Assembly: GCA_964188305.1 (NCBI GenBank)
Contig: OZ076885.1
Length of the DNA: 64,000 nt
DNA from: Podarcis bocagei
Taxonomy: Eukaryota
Strand: one strand, 5' to 3'
A program made the translations under genes and the position numbers. The notes under the pieces were generated by a model that saw nothing but the letters and a program-made list of their open reading frames with translations, made no database searches and was not told the origin of the DNA. Below are positions 38,843 to 52,681 of this stretch, piece after piece (the first letter of the stretch is position 1; the number at the start of each line of letters is the position of its first letter).

Positions 38843-39113
38843 AGCCAGTGTGGTGTAGTGGTTAAGAGTGGTGGACTCGTACAGTAATCTGGTGAACCAG
38901 CTTTGCATCCCCCTCCTCCACATGCAGCTGCTGGGTGACCTTGGGCTAGTCACACTTCTCTGAAGTCTCTCAGCCCCACTCACCTCACAGAGTGTTTGTT
39001 GTGGGGGAGGAAGGGAAAGGAGATTGTTAGCTGCTTTGAGACTCCTTAGGGTAGTGATAAAGCGGGATATCAAATCCAAACTCCTCCTCCTCCTCCTCCT
39101 CCTCCTCTTCTTC
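38843..39113 (+). mobile_element. tRNA-derived SINE (Squam3/MIR-like)
   Basis: A box TGGTGTAGTGGTTAAGAG; core GGGTGACCTTGGGCTAGTCAC; (CTC/CTT)n tail. Confidence 0.75.
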
Positions 39114-40454
39114 TAAATAAATAAATATCTTCAAGGTGCATTCTTTTTTTAAAAGCACATGTGTCAATCCAATATTTCAAATGGTTATGAGACACAACAA
39201 AATAATGCTACACAAATTTCCCATTAATCTATGGAATATGACTGCTGAAAAACAATTTTCATTCAGTCAATCAATCTTTATTATGGTCAAAGACCAGACA
39301 GCAACACTTTGTATTATTTCTCAATAAATATGCAATTAAGATTCACCTTGTGGTATCTTAAAAGCGTGGGTGTGCTGCACTCCTCACTGTGTTGCATAAT
39401 GCTAGTGCTGTATCTGACACGGTATATCTCAGGAGGATTGCAAACATTCGTGCAGACAGAGAGACGCTCAGCTTAGCTGTCTCAGCAAAAGAGAATAATT
39501 GGCACAGAAAATAAATTACTGGTACAAAAAAAAAGGCAAATGGGGAACGAAGAATCTACACATGACTTTGGAGCACGTCAAGTGTGTAGGAGCTGTCCAT
39601 TAGCAAATGCATCCTTTCTTCTGGAAAGCACAAGAAAGCTGCTAACTAGTAGAGGAATCGCACAGCAAGGCAGTTCAGTTGCTGCTTTTCTAATGAGCAA
39701 ATGATCAACAATTCCTCTAAGTTAACACAGAGCCACCATGAGAGCTAAACTAGATGTAACTTTAACTGAGTCTGCATACACGCCATCCGTTTAAAGCACA
39801 CATAAGGCATATCCCTCCACTACAAGAATACTAGGAACTGTGATTTATCCCTCACAGAGTTATAGTTCCTAGCACCCTTAACAAACTCTAGTTCCCAGGA
39901 TTATTTTTTCCCCTTTTGGGGGATGGGTGTGCTTTAAATGGATTGTGTAGACTCAGCCTCAGTGAATGCAATTAACACACTTTTTAATGTAAAAAAATAC
40001 ATGCATTTTTAAAATGTGGGTCTTTATTGTCTTCTGTATTTCATTTTCAATCTTTATTTGTTTTAAGATAGGTTGTACACTGCTTAGAGATCTCCCCCTA
40101 CCCCAAAAGAAAAGTAAAGCAGTACAGGAAATTAACAAAAGAAATATGGTAATATAAATAGCCTCTGGGGCCCTAAGCAGCATCAGAACTTAAACTGGTG
40201 GGGAAGGAAAGTTTAACCCTTCTCCCCTTGCTGTGGTCCTGATGCAAATAGCAGCTTCAGAGGATCAGTTTTCATTGGGACTATGGTAAGGGGTAAAGAG
40301 TTAAACTCCTCCCTCCTTATCTCCTGTGCTCCCAAACAAATACTAACTCCCCCCCCCTTCAGCTGCTGTTTACATTTTTTGAAAATGTGCACATTAGTTT
40401 GCATTCATGCAATTAACATCACATCTCTCCTGTACCTAAGAGAGACTTAATCGT

Positions 40455-41200
40455 TTCCTGGACCTGGCCTTGATCCTAGATGCCCAGATGGCCATTGTGG
40501 CCAGCAGTTTCTTTGCCCAGCTTAGAGTGGTTCTCCAACTACACCCATTCCCAGAGAATGCAGATCTGGACATGGTGATGCATTCCTTAGTTACATCATA
40601 CCTGGATCATTGCCACGTACTCTGTATAGAACTGCCTTTGAAGAATACTCAGAAGCTACCGTTGATACAAAAGCTGCAGCAGCCAGAATGCTAACAGAGT
40701 CCGCATATAGGGCGCATGGGGATTCCTTACTATAGCAGCTGCACTAACTTTCCATTTGCTTCTAGGCCCAATTCAAATTGGTTGTGATTATCTTCAACCC
40801 CCCAAATCATTCTGGACCCGGTTATCTAGAGGAGTGCCTTCTTCCCCCCAAACCTGCCCATGTACTGAGATCAGTTCCAGATTTAGGGCAGTGTGGGCGC
40901 TTCCCCCACCCAGGGTACAAAGACAAAGGGACACAAAACGGAGAAGATTAATAAATGAAAAGATCCAATTTTAGCCTCGCACAGGGCGCCATATTACGGA
41001 AGATTACCAAAGTCAACCCCTGATTGAGATCATCTTCAAAGCTCCTCCTCTCTGTCCTCTGAAATATGCTTGCTTGTCACCAGGAGAAAGGTTTGTTCTG
41101 TTGCTATGCAAATGCTCCAAAAATCCCTTCTAAAGGAGGCGCACACACCTCTTCTTGCACAGCCTTCCAAAAGCTAGCAAAAAAACAACAACCCAACAAC
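40455..41200 (+). mobile_element. Old L2 LINE ORF2 fragment
   Basis: Decayed ..FFAQLR..QLHPF..DLDMVMHSLVTSYLDHC..L.IELPLK..QKL. Confidence 0.7.
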
Positions 41201-41843
41201 CTTTAAAAGATGTCTGGAAAGCAGACAGTTGATTTATTGTATTCATTTTAATCTATTCAACAGTAGCTGTAAATGTGATGTTGTTGTTTTAAACTGATTT
41301 TGGTATTTCATTGGTTCTATCCTACGTAACAGTAATAATGGATAACACCCTGAATATGTAGCTGATGCTGATCACAGTCTCCAGCAAGGCTCCAGTCATA
41401 CAGAACTCCTTATGACATGCCCCAAATGCTTTTACCATTCACAATGCATTTGATGGAATGGACTCATAAATCGCTGCCCAATTTATAGGTGCAGTGAAAA
41501 ATCGAAAGTGTTAGGCGAGGATATATGATGCAAACAAACATGCACTTGTCATCATGCACAAGTAGCAGCAAAGGGAGAACAAGCTAATAAGCAGAATACC
41601 TGAGAAGTTTGGGGCTGGAACTGGATGCATGCTTAGGACTCAGTCTCATTGGATATAGTGGGGCTTGCTTCTAAGGAAAGGAGCATGGCATTGTGCTGCA
41701 TGGGAATTTTAGACAGACATTCTGATAAACACATCAGAGCAATTTAAGCAAATAAACAGAAGTGTCCTATCCAACACTTTGAAAGTTACATTTCAGAAGC
41801 AACCTATCTAAATAAAAAAGTCAGCACTGATTATGTGCAGTTT

Positions 41844-42593
41844 CAGACCATGCTTCAATGAGGAAAAAATACAGCATACCCTCCAACATTTCTCTGATGA
41901 AAATAGGGACGTTCCATTCCATAATGATAATTTTACTATTTATACCCCGCACGTCTTCCTGGGTTGCCCCAGTCACTATGGGCAGCTTCCAACATATATA
42001 AAAAACACAATAAAACATTAAATATTAAAAAAACACACTTCCCTATACAGGATTGTCTTCAGATGGCTCCGGGGTTGGATAACTCCATACCCTCCAACAT
42101 TTCTCCAGTGAAAATAGGGACATCCTAATGAAATGTGGGACATTCTGGAATCAAATCAGAATGTTGGACTTTCTTCGCCAACTGAGTTTGCACAGCGACT
42201 GGGGTGATGGAGTAGTGATGGAGTAAAAACATGCTCGCAATATCTTTGCTTATCTTTATTTTTAAATAATAATCAAACAGCTGCAACTCTACATCATCCA
42301 GTACCATACAAAGCATTTGGTCAACTTAAATACAGTTTTCAAAATAATCAATTACCCTATCACATCGCTGCATTTGGTGCAGCAGGTAAACTCCCCTCCC
42401 TGCTAATTAGTTAAATTGTTAAGATACTACAGGTGTGTTGAATTGTCAAGAGCGCTGCAGTGCAGGTTATAATTACAAACACACACCTCTGGGTAGCACC
42501 ATTGACCACATCAATATTAAGAAAACACAGAAACCAGGATGGCTTCTCTAAATTAGGGATGTCCCTGGAAAATACGGACACTTGGAAGGTCTG
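41844..42593. mobile_element. Composite DNA element with internal L2 3' tail
   Basis: CAGACC...GGTCTG ends; duplicated CATACCCTCCAACATTTCTC..TGAAAATAGGGAC around an antisense L2 tail. Confidence 0.55.
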
Positions 42594-43009
42594 ATATAGT
42601 GAAAGGAACAAGAATGTTCAAAGTCTGCTATGAAGAAGCTTCCTAAAGCAGGAGTCTATTAGCAGTGTTTGGTGATTCATCAAGGGTTCAGTGACTGTCC
42701 TGTTTTCGTTGCTTGCTAAGATTACAAAAGCAACGAGAAACCTGCTAGGCCACAATACATGTCTAAAGCACTGTGTCTGTCTTAGTGGTCCATGAGTTGT
42801 GTGGGTTTGGTCAAGTACACAAATACATAAGATACCGAGAAAATAAGTGTCACGTGTTGGTGTGAATGGGGTCCTTTAGAATCTTAGACTCGCAAGACAA
42901 CCTATGGACAAGCTGGGCAAAAGAGGTGGGCAGCTTTGATAAGGGAGGGAGAGAGAAGGACTTTCAATGGGACCTGACCTTCTGACTGTATTCATTGTTG
43001 TGCTGGGTT

Positions 43010-43240
43010 CAGTAGTACCTCAGTTTTCCAGCATCTCGGAAGCCAAACGTTTCTGTTTTTGGATGCCGAAAACCTGGAAGTGTGTGCTTCAGTTTTCAAA
43101 CGCACCTCATAAGTCAACTAGCTTCCGCTGCATGTTTTTCAGTTTTCTCAGTTGAACTTGCAGCCAGCCCTTTGCACCTTGGTTTTCCAAGTCAAACTGT
43201 CTTCCAGAACGGATTACGTTCAAGAACCGAGTTACCACTG
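43010..43240. mobile_element. pogo-like MITE (diverged)
   Basis: CAGTAGTACCTCAGTT...AACCGAGTTACCACTG-TA. Confidence 0.65.
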
Positions 43241-43986
43241 TACCATTATGAAAATGAAGTAAGGAAATGTATTTCCTGAGAAAACTATGACCATCTTCAC
43301 ATGTATTTCTTCTTTTTTAATTAAAATGTCTTTAATAAGGTTTTCATGGGTTACAGAAGTGCATATATCTACTCCACTTTAAGATTATAAAGCCCTTTTT
43401 ACAGTATTTCTTCATGACTTTCTGACTGCAGCAGCTAGTGGTAATTTGCATGCAAAGAAGAGCCACTGAATAGCTTAGAGGTTCCACATACTTTTTTCCA
43501 GTGTTCTTGACAAATTTAGCAGAAAATATAAAATTACCTACATAAATGTACAGCATATGGATCAAGCATTTTAGGTCTGGGAGATAACACACAGTGCCTG
43601 TCAATGCACACCTTTTTTCTATTACATTGGTCTGATAAAGGAAATAGAAGTGTGTTTAAATGATTAGGATTATATAAGAAATGGATTCATATGAGAGATA
43701 TGGGCAAAACCACAAAACATTTCCCTCTATAATAGTTCTTTGGGAAGGATATCTCTAATACCTTCTTTTTACCCCTTTCTTCCCGTAGTATTTTCCATTT
43801 CAAAGATACCAGTTCAAATGAGCTGGTGTCCATTTATCTACAAGCTGCTAGAACAGATATTAAATAGGCCTCCCTGAGGCATTTAGAAGTAATTTTCTGT
43901 ACAATCAGTAGGATAAAAAATAGTGTATGAGGACCACTATGCAGGGTCAGAGTAAACATTTGTACCTTCTTGTTGACCACAAGGTA

Positions 43987-44212
43987 CAGTGATACCTCGG
44001 GTTAAGTACTTAATTCGTTCCGGAGGTCCATACTTAACCTGAAACTGTTCTTAACCTGAAGCAACACTTTAGCTAATGGGGCCTCCTGCTGCTGCCATGC
44101 CACTGGAGCACGATTTCTGTTCTCATCCTGAAGCAAAGTTCTTAACCTGAAGCACTATTTCTGGCTTAACAGAATCTGTAACCTGAATCGTATGTAACCC
44201 GAGGTATCACTG
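43987..44212. mobile_element. pogo-like MITE
   Basis: TA-CAGTGATACCTCGGGTTA...TAACCCGAGGTATCACTG-TA. Confidence 0.82.
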
Positions 44213-47200
44213 TACTTACTCAGTTCTTGTTTTTCACCACTGATCCTGATCAACTCAGCAGGCTGCAGCTGAATGAGAGAATTATGATGGAGAGCCTGCT
44301 CACTGACTCTTCTTTGCTGACACTGAGTTTGTTGCTATTTTCAAAATAAGGGGTGAGTATACTTTGAAGATAATGCATTTTAAAAACAATGAACATTCCA
44401 GGAAACCATTCATGGTTTGTACATTAACATGAAAGCAACCAATTAATGAACCCTGTACCTTTGACAGGCTGGCAAGCATATATTTAAGCAGTTGTTTTTT
44501 ATTTGTTTAACAAAATCTATGGACTGCTTAATTAATAAAATCTACAGATAGAAGCAACAAAAATTTAAAAACATGCATACGTAATTAAATTACATGTTTG
44601 TAATTTTCAGAAGGGGTCTAAAAAACCTGCCTGACATTAATGTTTTTTGGGAGTGGGAGCAGGGAGAGAGTACTGACAGAGATTTATAAAATTACTAGTA
44701 GCCTACTACTCAGTGTAGCTTGGAAATTCTAAGAAACCAACAAAATCAGTGAGGTTTTGAAAGGTTCAGTCTGCCATCTTGATTCGAAATAGTGTCCAAT
44801 TGTATCCAAGCACAGTGAAAACCTTCTCCTTGATCTCAGAACCTATCACCCAAAATTTCATTGAAATCAATGAAGCTTTCAAAGGTGCAGTCCATCATCT
44901 TGAGTCACTGTGGTGTCCAATTTTATCTAAACATAGATGAAAATCTGCTCCAGGATTTCAGGAACCATATGCAAAATTTGTTTATGATATTTTAAGTGGT
45001 GAACAAATGCATAGAGAATAGATATATAAATTTCCAAATATACACATTAGAACAGAAATAGATAGACAGATGGAGATATAGAACAATCCATAGACCCATA
45101 GATCGATCGATGATAGATAAATCAGGACCAGCTTCAGTACTTTACATTACTGGGTTGCAGCCAGAGCCCAGTATCCTGGCTGGGACTGCCTTGGAGGCAT
45201 GCAAAACAAAACAAAATGGGGGGGGGGGGGACGGACCAGTCCTATTCTATCTGCCATTTCAATTTCCCACAGTGCCCTAAAGCAGGAGCAGCCAGATATT
45301 GTTGAACTTTAAAGTTCAACTACAAGTCCTGGCCAGTGGCCATTTTGGCTGGGGTTGATGGGGCTTGGAGTTTGACAGTATCCGGGGGAAACCATGTTAG
45401 CTACCACTGCTTTTGAATGGTGCTACATCTGAGGCACTGAGGGCAAATTACAATGACAGCTACACCTACAATGTGGCACCACCTGGAGTTCATCAGGGCC
45501 CACAGAGGATGGGGCCCACTAGAGGACACTTTGCTCACAACCCTGCCAGAATTGCACCTTCATAATACTAAAACCAGGAGGGAGGGCTCTCAATTATTTT
45601 GATTGGCAGAAGATTTAAGATAGACAAATGAAAATACATTACTCACAGAAGTGTATAATTCATAAATTAATGGGATGGAGTAGGATTCATCCCTTTTATT
45701 CTTGTTGAATAGACTCCTTAAGAAACATTTTATTTTCTTGTATGTATCTTGTTTTACAACAGTTGATAGGTAGCTTTGAGGTATTTTTGTTCCAGTTGTA
45801 AACAATAATGTAAATGTAAACCATAATGAAAAGAATCTTATGAATTCACTGCCACTTTATGTACTGGTTTAGAAAGCTTTAGAAGGTTATGGAAAAAATC
45901 CATGAAAATATGTGTCTGCCTATAGCTATTAGCCAGGATAACTAAACCCAACTTCCATATTCTGACTACCAGATGCTGAGGAAAAAATAACAGACGATGG
46001 TTGGGCCTAGGCTTCCTAGAGACATCTGACTATCAGTGGTACATTCAGGCAATTTTAGACATGATTTGTCTTAAGACCCACCCCTTTTGTTGGAGGTGCA
46101 ATTGGATGCTTAAGACTCAACCTGGAACCTTATGAATGTGGAGAGTATTTCTTAGCACTGACTTAAAGTCTTTGTGCAGTACCGAAAGTTTACTCCAGCA
46201 GTTTAGAGATACCAGCGCAAATGTTTTGATCACAGCTTTCTGACCAGAAGGCTCTATCTGGTATCTTAACTGCAATTACTTAAGCACAGGGCAGAACAAT
46301 CCCTTGAGAACAGAGTTGGCCTAGGGAATCCAGGTATATTAAAAGTTTCTTTGTGCAAACAACCCAATGTAAATAATTAGTCTTATAAATCAAGTGGCTA
46401 TCTGTGCAACGTGTACACTATGCACTGCACCACTCAAGCATGTAAACAAAATTATTCTGTACTTGACCTGGGATCCTGCCACACCCAGACCGCACACAAT
46501 AATGCCTTTCATGTTGTGCATGAAAGGCTATATTGCAAATGAATTTTGGTACAAAGTTTAAATAAAGAATTACAAAGTAATAATTAACTCAAAGTGTCAT
46601 TTATTATGACGAGATGGTGGAGCATTGCCTGTCTCTTGTTATGCTCCTAACAGAATGTACTCGACTCAAAACTGGTACAACCAGTTGACAAGCTGCACAC
46701 AGCTCCTAAGAGACAGACTGTTCTCATCACCCCATACAATGTTTTCTTTTATGGTTTTGTCAAAGGGGTCAGTAAGGATGAGGAAAGGGGAAGCTGCAGA
46801 AGCGGTAGCTGAATCACACTTTCATATCTGACCATGCCGCAGGTTGACATAATATGTCACATATTGGCTTTAATAAAAGGATAAATGAAAGAAGACTGGT
46901 GTTATATCCCACATGGTTGAGGCACGTTGTTCGAATTACCATTCCATTATAGGACATGATTGACATGGTCAGTGAAAGACATGGATCAACCAGTGCAGAC
47001 TCAATAGTATTGAGTCAGATGTTATATGACTAAATGCCCCCCATGTTAAAAAAAAAAAACCCTCACAAAAACTCCTATCAGTCATAAATTGGCACTTTTC
47101 TCTCTGACTTGCATGTACCAGTCTCCACTGGCTAGAAACCTGCAGCAATCCAGGAAATTATATTTCCATGTTGTTTCTACTGTGAGTCAACAGATTTCCC

Positions 47201-49399
47201 AGTGGTAGATTTCATTGCCGATCTGTACAAATGAACCTTTTCTCTAGCTGACTGATGTTCAGCTTCAGCTACCCAGGGATTCAGTTGTGCTGCTGAAAGG
47301 GATTGGGGAATCAAATCACTGTAGATCCACTTGTTGTTTTTTCCCCTAACCTCTGACATAATGAGAAATTGAATTAGAGGGGTGGGGGAAGGAATAGAGA
47401 AATTCAGCAATGATCATGTAGTTTTATACAGCTGGGAGAGGTCAACACATGTTCCCTATTTTTCCTGTGTGTAAATATTCCATTTATGAATGATGAAATT
47501 TCAATACCTGGGAATCAGGATTGAGAACCATCTTAAATTGCTACAAAACATTTTTAAAAAACCCTGATCTCGATACCAAAGGACTGGTTAATCTGCACAT
47601 ATGACAGGATAACACTTTTAGTCGCCTGTCTGCGGACATATGATGAAATAGTATCTTCTGTATTGAAATTCTTCTTGCCTCACAGAGGTTGTGATCCAGG
47701 AAATATAACTGAATGTTGAGAATAAATTTACATAATTACACCCATCAATATGTGCAAAGGGGGAAATCTTTCTGCAATCTGATTTAATTGGCTCAGTTGT
47801 TCTTTGAGGTACTTTTTAAAATATGAATGGGCCACTGATTTTAGTTTTGTTAAAAATGCATTGCTTGTTTGCAATTTTGATTTGATTAAGGTCTGTGACA
47901 GGTGACGTGTGTTTTCTGCAACCAATCAGCGTTATATCCGCTGCCACAGCTTTTCCAGCTTGGCCTCTAACAGAAAGAAAAGAACTGGTTTCATTTGAAA
48001 TGGAATGCTAGCCTAATGAAAGGGTTTGGCCATTAGAAAGGAGGAGGAGGAGACGAGAACATGCTGTGAATCCAGACAGTCCTTCCCAGAATTGCCAGGC
48101 GGGACTGAAGAAGTCCTAGAAACTAGGTTATGTGGGAACCTCTGGTATGGGGGCCAGTTTTCATCCGCCAGGTGGCCCCAATTTGCCCTGCAAACCATGC
48201 CTACCTGTCAATCAGCATTACTGGGTGACATCAGCTGATGTGTGTTGTGGCAGGGCTCAATCCTGCGGGGTGGGGTGGATTTACCCCTCTGGCAGAGAAA
48301 GGGGGGCGCGGTAGGTGTGGTCCACCCCGAGAGTCATTCCTGAGGGGGTAACATCGCCCCCCTGCCCACTGGGACGCTTGTCGCAGGCGGCACCCCCCTG
48401 GGATGCTTGCCCCCCCAGGCATGTGTGCCGCTCCAGGTGCTGGAGCAGCTAGCGCCACCTCTGACTTATCCTGGTCTACCTTCAAGTTAATCTACCTGTC
48501 AACATGGAACAACCCATTATACAGTCTCTATATAATGAAGCTATGTTAGCTTTTTCTATGAGTTAAACACAATCTGTGCATAAAGTATGTCATTAGGGAC
48601 GCAATCCTGTACAGTAAGTGGTTACTTGGGACCACATCCTATGGGGCTAAATGGGGCTTCTGATTAATACACCACTGCACAGTTTCAGGATACTTTGATT
48701 TTTGTTCACGAGTGAACAAGTGCTCACATATATATTAATGAGACGCTGCCAATGCAATACCAAACCAGCCTTGCTTTTAACTAGCTACTGCGCAAAAGGC
48801 TAGTCATACAATGCTACATAAACAGCATGAAGTCAGTCTGACCTTTGAGTTGTGGCTAAACAGTACCTTTCTAAAGCGTAACTCTTAGTATCAGAGCTCA
48901 TTAATTTCTAATTGCTTGATTGTTAGGACTCATTAAACCAAGAGGTTCATCATGCATGCATGCACAATCCTGGAAGCGGCTGGCAAACAAGTATTAGGAA
49001 CTACTTAGAATACTAGTGTATAGCAGTTGAGGGCCAAACTGCACTACAGTACATGAAATGATAGCAAGACAGTCCCTTATAAATTGTAAAATGTATTTAA
49101 AAACACCAAAAAAATATTTCCCAGAAATCCTTGCACTGGGAGCAGTGGCAGACCTTGGGGTCTCAAATTTCAACGGCACCCACTGCAGTACCTAAATTTG
49201 GCACCCCTGCTTCTTGCCTTCAATTATACATATTAGTTGCAGTGCCTCCAAGGCTCTGCACCCAATGCAAGCAAATTGGTGGTAAGTCCAGTATTCAGCA
49301 GGGAGCAACAAACTTTGGTTCCGGTGAAAGAATTGCAAGATCTAGGCTAGGGAGCACACAGGTGAACACACTGGAATCCTCCGTATCCAGTGCAACTCC

Positions 49400-49625
49400 C
49401 CAGGCAGAGGGCCTTCTCGGTGGTGGTGGTGGCGCCTGCCCTGTGGAACACCCTGCCATCAGATATCAAGGAAATAAATAACTATCTGACTTTAGAAGAC
49501 ACCTGAAGGCAGCCCTGTATGGGGAAGTTTTTAATGTCCGATGTTTTATTGTATTTTTAATATTTTGTGGGAAGCCGTCCAGAGTAGCTGGGGAAAACCA
49601 ACCAGTGGGCGGGGTATAAATAGTA

Positions 49626-49694
<69 letters not shown>
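49400..49694 (+). mobile_element. L2 3' end with (TTA)n tail
   Basis: Same L2 tail as 14657-14958; (TTA)n at ~49627-49694. Confidence 0.8.
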
Positions 49695-49695
<1 letters not shown>

Positions 49696-50411
49696 TGCCT
49701 GCTTGGACGTTCCTGTGGGCAACGGTTTTTGTGAAGAATGTTGTTCTAGTTCCTATCAGTCCCGGCCAGCTCACACAATTTTTTAATCTGCAGGGGCTAT
49801 TATATATTTGGATCTTCAATACATTAAAAAAATGATGGGGTGAGAGATGAAGCTGCTCAGCGGCTTTGTTTCAACACCCCTTTTCCTCTTTCTAAAATAA
49901 AGCATGACCTGCTTTTTGCCCCTGGGCAATTCAGCTCCAGGGACCACGCATTTGCTCCATAAGACGCACAGATACTTCTCCTTACTTTTTAGGAGGAAAA
50001 AAGTGTGTCTTATGGAGCGAAAAATACAGTGTATATATATTTCTGCAATCAGTTGTTTCCAAAAAAAACCCCTCATATTGTATGCTATTTTAATTTTAAA
50101 AATATTTTTATGCACAATTGCCCCTAATCTAAATGCTTCTGCAAAGTTTTTGATTGAAGAACTATATTGTAAAGAAAATTCAGAAAAGTGTGAATTTTGA
50201 AGAATAGCAGCATTTTGGTTTGTGTATTGTTTTAGAAAGTGCAATTCAGGGATGCTCGGAATGGAAATCTTCCCCATCTGTTGATAGAAAGACCAACATT
50301 CTGTCTCTTTCCCCAATTTCACACTGTTACTACACTACCTGTAGGGTAGTACATGTAGGCTTACATTTAATCACATGCCACTTTTAATCACATACTGTAA
50401 CTGAATCATAA

Positions 50412-52154
50412 CAAATAAATACAATTAAAAATTGTCCAGTAGAACCTTAGAGACCAACTAAGTTTGTCCTGGTTATAAGCTTTCATGTGCATGCACACTT
50501 CTTTAGAATGCACACGAAAGGTTATATTATGAAGCTGCAGCCTTCTGCTGGATGAAAGATTGGTTACTTTTAGAGAACACTGATGTCCTAGATCTGGAAG
50601 GGTTCAATAACTCTCTAGGATGGCATGCATATCTGTGGTACGACAAGGTAAAGACTCACAAAATGTTCAAAAACCATATTGTCAGAAAAGCAATATTTAT
50701 GGTCTGGACAAAATACAAAGACTTATTAGAAAGTAAGACCCCGAGGTGGCTATCACCAGTGGAGGCCAAGGCCCGGAAAAAAACCAATATGGAGGCCGGT
50801 TGGCTGAAATATGGGGAAATAATAGAAAAAATAGGCGACAATTGGAGGTTACAGAGCTATGAGAAATTAAAGCATAAGGTGCAAGACTGGTTTCATTATG
50901 CTCAAATTCAAGAGGTTTTTAAGTTGGACAAAAAAACAGGATTCCAGGTGGAAAAATCGAAATTAGAGACAGAACTGTTAGAACCAAAGACTAAGGTACT
51001 TTCGAGAATGTACAACTTGCTGCTTAAATGGAACACTCAGGATGAGACAGTTAAATCAGCCATGATAAAATGGGCTCAAGACATTGGGTACAACATCATG
51101 TTTGAAGACTGGGAAAGGTTATGGACCACCGGTATGAAATTCACGGCATGTAGTGCCTTGAAAGAAAATATTATGAAAATGATATATAGGTGGTACATGA
51201 CCCCAGTCAAGCTTGCTAAAATATACCATTTGTCTGATAATAAATGTTGGAAATGTAAGGAGGCTGAAGGGGCATTCTTTCACCTCTGGTGGACCTGTCC
51301 AAGGGTGAAGGCCTTCTGGGAAATGATCTACAATGAGTTAAAAAAGGTATTTAAGTATACCTTTCCCAAGAAACCAGAGGCCTTCCTTTTGGGCATTGTT
51401 GACCAGAAAGTGTTAAAGAAGGATAGAACATTTTTTATGTATGCAACAACAGCAGCAAGAATACTTATCGCAAAGCACTGGAAGACACAAGATTTGCCCA
51501 CACTGGAAGAGTGGCATATGCAATTGATGGACTATATGGAACTGGCCGAAATGACTGGCAGAATCCGTGATTTGGGAGAAGAGACAATGGAGGAGGACTG
51601 GAAAAAATTCAAGGACTATTTACAAAAATTTTATAAGTTATATGAATGCCAATAATTTGCATGAATTGAAAAATTAAGCTCCAGCAATAAGATTTTGTAT
51701 ATTGGAAATTAAGATATGACTATGAAAGGATTAAAGTTTAAAATAATATGGTGTTTATTTTAGGGCAAAAGTAAATTGATAATAAGTATTTTGAACCCAA
51801 AAGAGAATTATTTGAAAGTATTAATAACACATGAAACAAGCTATTAATTTGCTGATATTTTTATTGTAAAGAAAGCAGGGTGAGGGAGACGTGGGGAAGT
51901 CCAGTTGGTTATGGAAAGATGTAATGGAAAGTTGGATTTCTTTTGTTTTTCTTTTCTTCTTTTTTCTTTCGTTATCTGACTTTATATTTATATCTGGAAA
52001 AAAGCAATAAAAATATATTTAAAAAAAAAAAAGAATGCACACGAAAGCTTACACCAGAACAAACTTAGTTGGTCTCTAAGGTGCTACTGGGCAATTTTTT
52101 TAGTTTTTTATTCATTTCGACTATGTTAGACCAACATGGCAACCTACCTGAATC
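50412..52154. mobile_element. Penelope-like element remnant (inverted pLTR arms) interrupted by L1
   Basis: Inverted arms AATTGTCCAGTAGAACCTTAGAGACCAACTAAGTTTGT / ACAAACTTAGTTGGTCTCTAAGGTGCTACTGGGCAATT; 11-bp flanking repeat ctgaatcataa at 50401-50411 and 52155-52165. Confidence 0.75.
50521..52031 (+). mobile_element. Young 5'-truncated L1 LINE (ORF2 C-terminus, 3' UTR, poly(A))
   Basis: 16-bp TSD agaatgcacacgaaag at 50505-50520 and 52032-52047; open frame to 51655 closely similar to the C-terminus of the 32123 ORF2. Confidence 0.95.
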
Positions 52155-52588
52155 CTGAATCATAATAATTTAAGACTCAGATTGAATTAAAAGCTGCTTT
52201 TCTATTTAAATAAAAACCATTGTACAAAAATATCTGATTTTTGAAGCTAAGCACTTCAAATGATACAATAAGACTTCAATCTCACACACTGTAAGTCTAA
52301 GTGATTGAGTAACGTCTAATTAAATAAGTCAAGATGCATCTGATTGTGCTGAATGGTATATTATTTTGGATTTAGTATTAGGCTAGGGATTAGCAGATAT
52401 AGCTGGTATAATCCAGAAAACACTGTTTTATATCTCATTAAACTTGTATGTGTTATCTTACACTCCTATTGAATGTTGCCAAACTACCTGAGCTCTGTAA
52501 GGTGTTTATTTATCAAATTATTTAGGATCTAACAACAAAACAGTAGGAACATTTATATTTCAATTTAAAGGGAAATATCTTTTTGCCC

Positions 52589-52681
52589 TCGAGAACGCCG
52601 TCCAACCATCTTGTCCTCTGTCGTGCTCTGGTCCATGGGGTCACGAAGAGTCGGACACAACTAAACAACTAAACAACAACA
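52589..52681 (+). mobile_element. Tiny 5'-inverted Bov-B insertion
   Basis: 12-bp TSD atctttttgccc; antisense then sense Bov-B segments; (CAA)n tail. Confidence 0.8.

Noticed and set aside
49541-49786. Poly-Leu membrane peptide ORF
   Set aside because: Translation of the (TTA)n tail of an L2.
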